This document shows positions 61,957 to 64,000 of a stretch of 64,000 bases of DNA, piece by piece. Each line of letters opens with the position of its first letter. Position 1 is the stretch's first letter. The notes beneath the pieces are model-generated. The model saw only the letters and a list, made by a program, of their open reading frames with translations. It did not search any database and was not told the origin of the DNA. The position numbers and the translations under genes were made by a program. This stretch comes from Auanema rhodensis (taxonomy: Eukaryota > Animalia > Nematoda), in NCBI GenBank assembly GCA_964057225.1, contig OZ059898.1, forward strand, positions 10,974,001 through 11,038,000, read 5' to 3'.

Positions 61957-64000
61957 AGAGAAGGGGAGACGCCTTTGGGTGCCTCAGGGTGCAGGCATCG
62001 ATTCGCCTAGCTGATGAACTTCGTGCTCTCCTGCACATGGCTTTCATGCACTCCGTAGAACAATTCTTGCTCTCTCCGAGTTTATCTCTATCTCTTCCCA
62101 TATACACTTATTCACAATTTCTTGTCTCTCTTCTCTATTTTTTTCGTTTACTTGTCCGTCGCCGCTGTAAGTTTTCATCTCTTTTGACAAAATGAAACAG
62201 CTTTATGTTCTTTTTTTCTCTGCTCTATCTGTCCTCATCACGAGTTCTCTGGACGTCTAGTGGTCAGCAGTTGTGGTCACATCAGATGCAGAACAAAGAA
62301 CATATGACATGAGTTTCTCGCCTTTGCCCTCCAGCCATTATTCTCTTTTTCTTCTAGCTCTCTGTTCGTTTCTCTTACATTCATATGAGTTATCTCATCC
62401 TCTTTATTCTATTTTTCTCTGCGTCTACAGATTTTCCATGGTAATATCAGCTAAACGTGAAACATCATAGAACAAGCCAGGAAAGTGGATATGTTGAGAA
62501 ATGGGTGAATTGAAATGAAAGCTCTCTGGTCTTCGAAAAAAAAACTCAATTTCGTTGGTTGTTTGTAACCATTGTTCAAACAAGTTTTACATAAAATCTC
62601 AAGTTTTCCAAACAAAAACAAGCATGTAAGGCATTATTAAACCTAACGTTAATACATACATGTGATCAAAAAAATTATAACTAAGCATTACTCTCATTAT
62701 CATTATCGCTTAAGCTTCGAATAATCTTGGCTTTTGACAACAATCGTAGACAATCTATTTTCGAATTTCGAAAAAAAAATTTGATGCTTGAATAAAGATT
62801 AGAAAATAATTTTTCATGAGACATGAATAAAAGTAGTTAAGAAGCTAAATTCAGAAAAGTTTACGCCACATGAAATATGACTTGTCTACGATGTTTCTCC
62901 ATTGACGAGCTTTTTGTTCATTATCAAGATTCATATTCAGCAATATAATCACATAACATCGAATCTTCTTCACTTTTTCTTTTTGTTAGCTGAAACAAAA
63001 AAAATTGAAAAGAAGACATCAGGTCTATCTTCAATTTAATCTGAGCAGCCAGCTGAACCAATTTCATTTTGTGAGCTCTAGGGTGGGTATGTGAGTCTCT
63101 GTGTATGTGTCAATATCTTAATGTATTGAACCGACCATTGGTCACTTCATATCATTTGCATTTGCATTTCCCACATAGCTTTTAGTCAAAATGGCCAGAA
63201 GATTATAGGCTTTCATATCAATCTATTTTTGTGAAAGCAAGGCGAAAGAATTTTTTAAATTGATAAATACACATAAAGAGTCATGTTTTGATCACATTTT
63301 TTGGTTCCCGGCTTCTGCAGTAGAAATTTGAGAAGATTGAAAGGATCTAAAGATGATAGAAGTGAACGGCAAGATACGAAGGCATTTCTGTATGAGAATG
63401 AACTGATGTTGGGTTAACGAAATAAGATCCATCGTATACGTTTTTCAAATATTCTATTCTCTCCGTTTCTGTTAGCAACATCAACATGGAGTTTGTTGTT
63501 TCTAGCTCAGCATTCATTGTAAGAAAACGTCAAAATAAAAAACTACAATTTCTAAATGTCATATAATCATCACCATTAGCTGAGGGAACACCATCTTTAG
63601 CTTCGACATCAAAGCCCATTTCTCGAAATTTATGTTTCGTCAACAAAGATCACCACTGTCAGCATAATATAATAATTTCAATAAGGGTACAGAAGTGATG
63701 ATCTGTATAGGTTCAAGCCTTTTCTAAATTTCTCTTTTCTCGTCTCTTCCGATTATCTTCTTCTCTTCTTGATTTCCTAGTCTAAACATAAAAGCAGAAA
63801 ATCGGTAAACAGTCCAAATGATCGAAAATGAAAAAGGAGACAAATCAAAACTTTGGACACGGCATTCGAAAACGTCAAATGCCTTTTCACACCTGCTTTT
63901 TTTGGCCTTTATTATAAATAAAAAGATTATGTTAGTTCAAATTCAAAACATTTTCTTTTTCTCAAAAATATTCTATATATGCAAATTAAGAAACAAAAGA

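Noticed and set aside
54690-62470. Short F/L/S-rich ORFs (e.g. 57059, 58122, 59113, 59707, 61907, 61989, 62273)
   Set aside because: Products of CT/GA microsatellites and AT-rich low complexity; no domain motifs or consistent exon chains.
63530-63620. Possible small - strand exon MGFDVEAKDGVPSANGDDYMTF
   Set aside because: About 30 codons, no recognisable homology and no convincing splice partners; cannot be supported.

Overview
Eukaryotic, almost certainly nematode, genomic DNA (C. elegans-like tRNA-Leu(CAG), TTTCAG acceptors, 41-75 nt introns). Positions 1-47.6 kb are a tandem array of ~125 tRNA-Leu(CAG) genes on +. The unit is 317/318 bp: a 175-bp intact-tRNA half plus a 142/143-bp degenerate-tRNA half. 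The array is interrupted at 29675-37429 by a very young 7755-bp BEL/Pao-type LTR element on -, with two apparently identical 416-bp LTRs, a 5-bp TSD GTTAT, a tRNA-Gly PBS and non-canonical TA...AA termini. The element has no recognisable protease/RT/RNaseH/integrase core but keeps a long open Gag-N-like/IN-C-terminal/phlebovirus-type Gn-Gc envelope ORF, plus a triple zinc-knuckle ORF downstream of env. Its 5' TSD lies 3 bp upstream of a tRNA gene. The array begins ~30 nt after the splice donor of the transmembrane exon of a receptor guanylyl-cyclase-like gene (-, 47666-50089), so it is either a giant intron or truncates that gene. A 3-exon TSC-22 family gene (tsct-1-like) lies at 52405-54338 (-). 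The last ~9.6 kb is AT-rich sequence with GA/CT microsatellites and no gene I could support. All alignments, counts and gene models were done by eye.
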